In this document: in pieces, positions 61,328 through 64,000 of the stretch
Layout: every line of letters starts with the position of its first letter
How positions within the stretch are numbered: position 1 is the stretch's first letter
NCBI GenBank assembly: GCA_963724295.1
Contig: CAVRUC010000013.1
Span: 448,001 to 512,000 of the forward strand
From: an uncultured Chloroflexia bacterium
GTDB taxonomy: Bacteria; Chloroflexota; Chloroflexia; Thermomicrobiales; UBA6265
DNA length: 64,000 nucleotides
Reading direction: 5' to 3'
Translations under genes and position numbers: made by a program
Notes under the pieces: model-generated
Told to the model about the DNA's origin: nothing
The model's input: only the letters and a program-made list of their open reading frames with translations
Databases searched by the model: none

Positions 61328-62800
61328 CTACGGAACTGGCGTCGCTGCCGTCTCGGACGGCGGCTCTACTTGGGCAGTCTCCGCGCCTTCGGGCACCTGG
61401 TCGGCGGCGACCAGTCGCCAGACGGTTCCCTCTGGGTTCTCCGAGGGGTCGTAATAACGGCCGTAATCACACCCGCACGCCGTCACGAAGAGGTTGCCGG
61501 ACTCGTCAGTTCCCGCGCCCGTCACCAACAACTCGGTATCGAGCAGCTGCTGGTAGATCCAGGTGCCGTCCTCACCCCGCTTTAACCCCCAGACCTTGCC
61601 AGCGCAAAAGTCCGAATTGAAGTAGATCCCGTCTAACGCGGGGAACTCGTCACCCCGGTAGACATCGATGCCGATGATCGAGCAACCGTCAGCCCCTTGC
61701 CGGTACTCGGCGACCGGCAACTCACCGACCTGGGTGCGTGGGCAGTCATCCACCGAGGCGGGGTAGCAGTGGCTCGCTTCCAGCCAGTCCCAGCCGTAAT
61801 TCTGGCCACCTCCGGCACTCGCAGGCTGGACGTTGATCTCCTGCCAGGTGAACTGGCCGACGTCGGCAATGTAAAAGTCGCCAGTCTCGGCATCCCACGA
61901 GAACTGCCAGGGGTTCCGTAGGCCGTAGGCCCAGATCTCGCGGCGGGCCTCCGGGTGATAGTCAGCCGCCTCCAGATTCAGCCCCTCCGTCTCGCCGATG
62001 ACGTCGGTGATCTGATTTGATTGGACGACGCGCGCCTCCGCGAAGGGGTTGTCGGCCGGGATTCCGTATGGCTGGTCACCGGCCGCCTCGACGTCAATCC
62101 GCAGCAACTTGCCGAGGAGCGACGACAGGTCCTGGGCAGTATCGTACGGGTCGCCGCCCCCGCCACCGTCGCCCGACGCAATATAGAGGTAACCGTCTGG
62201 GCCGAATTTGATGGTACCTCCGTTGTGATTGACGTAGGGCTGATCGAACGACAGCAGCAGCCGGCCACTTGCCCGATCGGCCACATCCGGGTTGTCCTCC
62301 GAGACGCGGAACTCCATGACGAAGGTGTCGCCGTTCGTATGGAAGTCGGTGAAATTGACATAGAACCGGCCGTTAGCGGCGTAGTCCGGGTGGAAGGCCA
62401 ACCCGAGGATCCCTTGCTCCAAGTAGTCGCTCTGGACCAATTCGGACAGGTCGAGGAACGGCTCGGCGAGAAGGGTGCCATCCTTATCGATGATCCGAAT
62501 GCGGCCGATCCGCTCAATCACGAAGAGCCGGCCACTGCCGTCGTTCGCGGCGGCGACGTTGATCGGGTCGGCTAAGCCGTCGGCGACTTTGACAAGCTGG
62601 ATGGCTGGGTTGCCCGGGAGCGTCCCACCGGGCTGAACCGCGCCCCCGCCGGATCCGCCGCTTTGGACAGGATTGAGGGTCGGGGGTAAGCCGGTGGGTG
62701 TGGCGTCTTGGGCGTCGACCCTCGGAGACGCGATGAGGACTTGTCCTCCCGCCACAGCGAGCACGACGAGTCCGATGAGCAGCTTCCTCGCGCGGAGCAT
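61328..62800 (-). CDS. PQQ-dependent sugar (glucose/sorbosone) dehydrogenase family protein, secreted
   Basis: GRLFVIER.GRI, EQG.LGLAFHPDY, NHNGG.I.FGPDGYLY, GKLLRIDV, AYGLRNPW and NYGW. Confidence 0.92.
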   Translation of the reverse strand: MLRARKLLIGLVVLAVAGGQVLIASPRVDAQDATPTGLPPTLNPVQSGGSGGGAVQPGGTLPGNPAIQLVKVADGLADPINVAAANDGSGRLFVIERIGRIRIIDKDGTLLAEPFLDLSELVQSDYLEQGILGLAFHPDYAANGRFYVNFTDFHTNGDTFVMEFRVSEDNPDVADRASGRLLLSFDQPYVNHNGGTIKFGPDGYLYIASGDGGGGGDPYDTAQDLSSLLGKLLRIDVEAAGDQPYGIPADNPFAEARVVQSNQITDVIGETEGLNLEAADYHPEARREIWAYGLRNPWQFSWDAETGDFYIADVGQFTWQEINVQPASAGGGQNYGWDWLEASHCYPASVDDCPRTQVGELPVAEYRQGADGCSIIGIDVYRGDEFPALDGIYFNSDFCAGKVWGLKRGEDGTWIYQQLLDTELLVTGAGTDESGNLFVTACGCDYGRYYDPSENPEGTVWRLVAADQVPEGAETAQVEPPSETAATPVP

Positions 62801-63045
62801 GTCACTCCTCCTTGGTGTGAGGGGTTAACAACCGGATCGGTCCCGGAGTACGGGCATCCTACGGCCCGGAATGAGGAGGGGCAACACTGACCGGGGCTGT
62901 CCGCCCGCCCTAAACGACCCCTCCCCAATCGGCTGCACACCCGGGCAGCACCCGGCGGGTTGTCGCCCCTGGGCCGACCTTGGACTATCAGTTGCGGGTG
63001 CGCTCCTCGCTCCCTAGAATCGCGCCACGTGGAAGGAGCGCAGCG

Positions 63046-63903
63046 ATGATTCCGACGGAGACCTTCGGCAGGACCGGTCACCAGAGCACTCGCACCATCT
63101 TTGGCGCGGCGGCACTCAGCGATGTGACGCAGGCTGAGGCGGACCGCACGATGGAGCTGCTGCTCCGCTTCGGCGTCAACCACATCGACACCGCCGCCAG
63201 CTATGGCGACTCGGAGCTGCGGCTCGGTCCCTGGATGGAGCAGCACCGCGCCGACTTCTTCCTGGCCACGAAGACGGGCGAGCGGACCTACCAGGCGGCG
63301 TACGACCAGATCCGCCATTCCCTGGAGCGATTGCGCGTCGACCAGGTCGACCTCATCCAGCTCCACAACCTCGTCGACCCCGCCGAATGGGAGACGGCGC
63401 TGGGACTGGGCGGGGCGCTGGAGGCGGCCATCCGGGCCCGCGAGGAAGGGCTCGTGCGCTTCATCGGCGTGACCGGCCATGGCATGACGGTGGCCGCCAT
63501 GCACGCGCGTTCTCTGGAGCGCTTCGACTTCGACTCCGTGCTGCTGCCCTACAGCTATTCGATGATGCAGAATCCGAGCTACGCGGTCGACTTCGAGGAG
63601 CTCGTCGCTCGCTGCCAGCAGCGAGGGGTGGCGGTGCAAACGATCAAGGCGATCACCCGGGCGCCCTGGGGAGACCGGCCGCAGACGGCCGCCACCTGGT
63701 ACGAGCCTCTCCGCGATCCGGCCGCCATCGACCGCGCCGTGCACTGGGTTCTCGGCCGGCCGGGCATGTTCCTGAACACGGTCGGCGACATCGCGGTCCT
63801 GCCCCAGGTCCTCGACGCTGCCGGCCGCTTCCGCGAGCGGCCGTCCGACGAGGCGATGCGGGAGATCGCCGAGCAGCAGGCCATGGAGCCACTGTTCGTC
63901 TGA
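63046..63903 (+). CDS. Aldo/keto reductase
   Basis: [29 protein letters not shown] and RFIGVTGH. Confidence 0.92.
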   Translation: MIPTETFGRTGHQSTRTIFGAAALSDVTQAEADRTMELLLRFGVNHIDTAASYGDSELRLGPWMEQHRADFFLATKTGERTYQAAYDQIRHSLERLRVDQVDLIQLHNLVDPAEWETALGLGGALEAAIRAREEGLVRFIGVTGHGMTVAAMHARSLERFDFDSVLLPYSYSMMQNPSYAVDFEELVARCQQRGVAVQTIKAITRAPWGDRPQTAATWYEPLRDPAAIDRAVHWVLGRPGMFLNTVGDIAVLPQVLDAAGRFRERPSDEAMREIAEQQAMEPLFV

Positions 63904-64000
63904 ACGGCACCCGGCGCCGCGCCTCAGATGACCCTGGCAGACCCGGTCGCGATGCCGTCTCCGCTCATGCGCCGATGACGACCCGGTCGCGGTGGTGGCG

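Overview
High-GC bacterial chromosomal segment. It is most consistent with a Thermomicrobiales-like member of Chloroflexota (inference): exported proteins carry ATP(V/T/x)A motifs, there is an 'MDxxxIDAVARAVAxxxSRRxxL' Cys-rich secreted protein, several ATPase-TPR-LuxR regulators, an LLM/F420-type enzyme and a sortase-type substrate. No rRNA, tRNA or CRISPR array was seen. Gene content from left to right: creatininase-family hydrolase; RHH-fused acetolactate decarboxylase; Cu/Zn SOD; a kelch / molybdopterin oxidoreductase / epimerase / GT2 / GT-C / DUF2064 operon; orphan Phd antitoxin; LLM oxidoreductase; RraA-like protein; DsrE-family protein. An accessory region (about 13.3-36 kb) follows, with IS relics, pseudogenes, a MalT-like regulator, a pentameric ligand-gated ion channel homologue, DUF1269, SulP, META and cupredoxin genes. 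The rest holds a 72-Cys repeat protein with a degenerate M23-like domain, membrane proteins, a VLRF1-like release-factor homologue, Hsp20-Lon, two ATPase-LuxR + small-gene modules, an SH3-NlpC/P60 hydrolase, a PQQ sugar dehydrogenase and an aldo/keto reductase. Highlights not visible in the ORF track: (1) three dispersed copies of an ~80-nt structured element with compensatory base changes, the first directly behind a consensus TTGACA-16-TATAAT promoter, a candidate unannotated sRNA family; (2) a probable UGA-recoded selenoprotein (DsrE, UxxC) with a SECIS-like hairpin; (3) a conserved promoter/operator module linking each ATPase-LuxR gene to a downstream small gene. At least three single-base insertions create false fusions or splits and are probably consensus errors.
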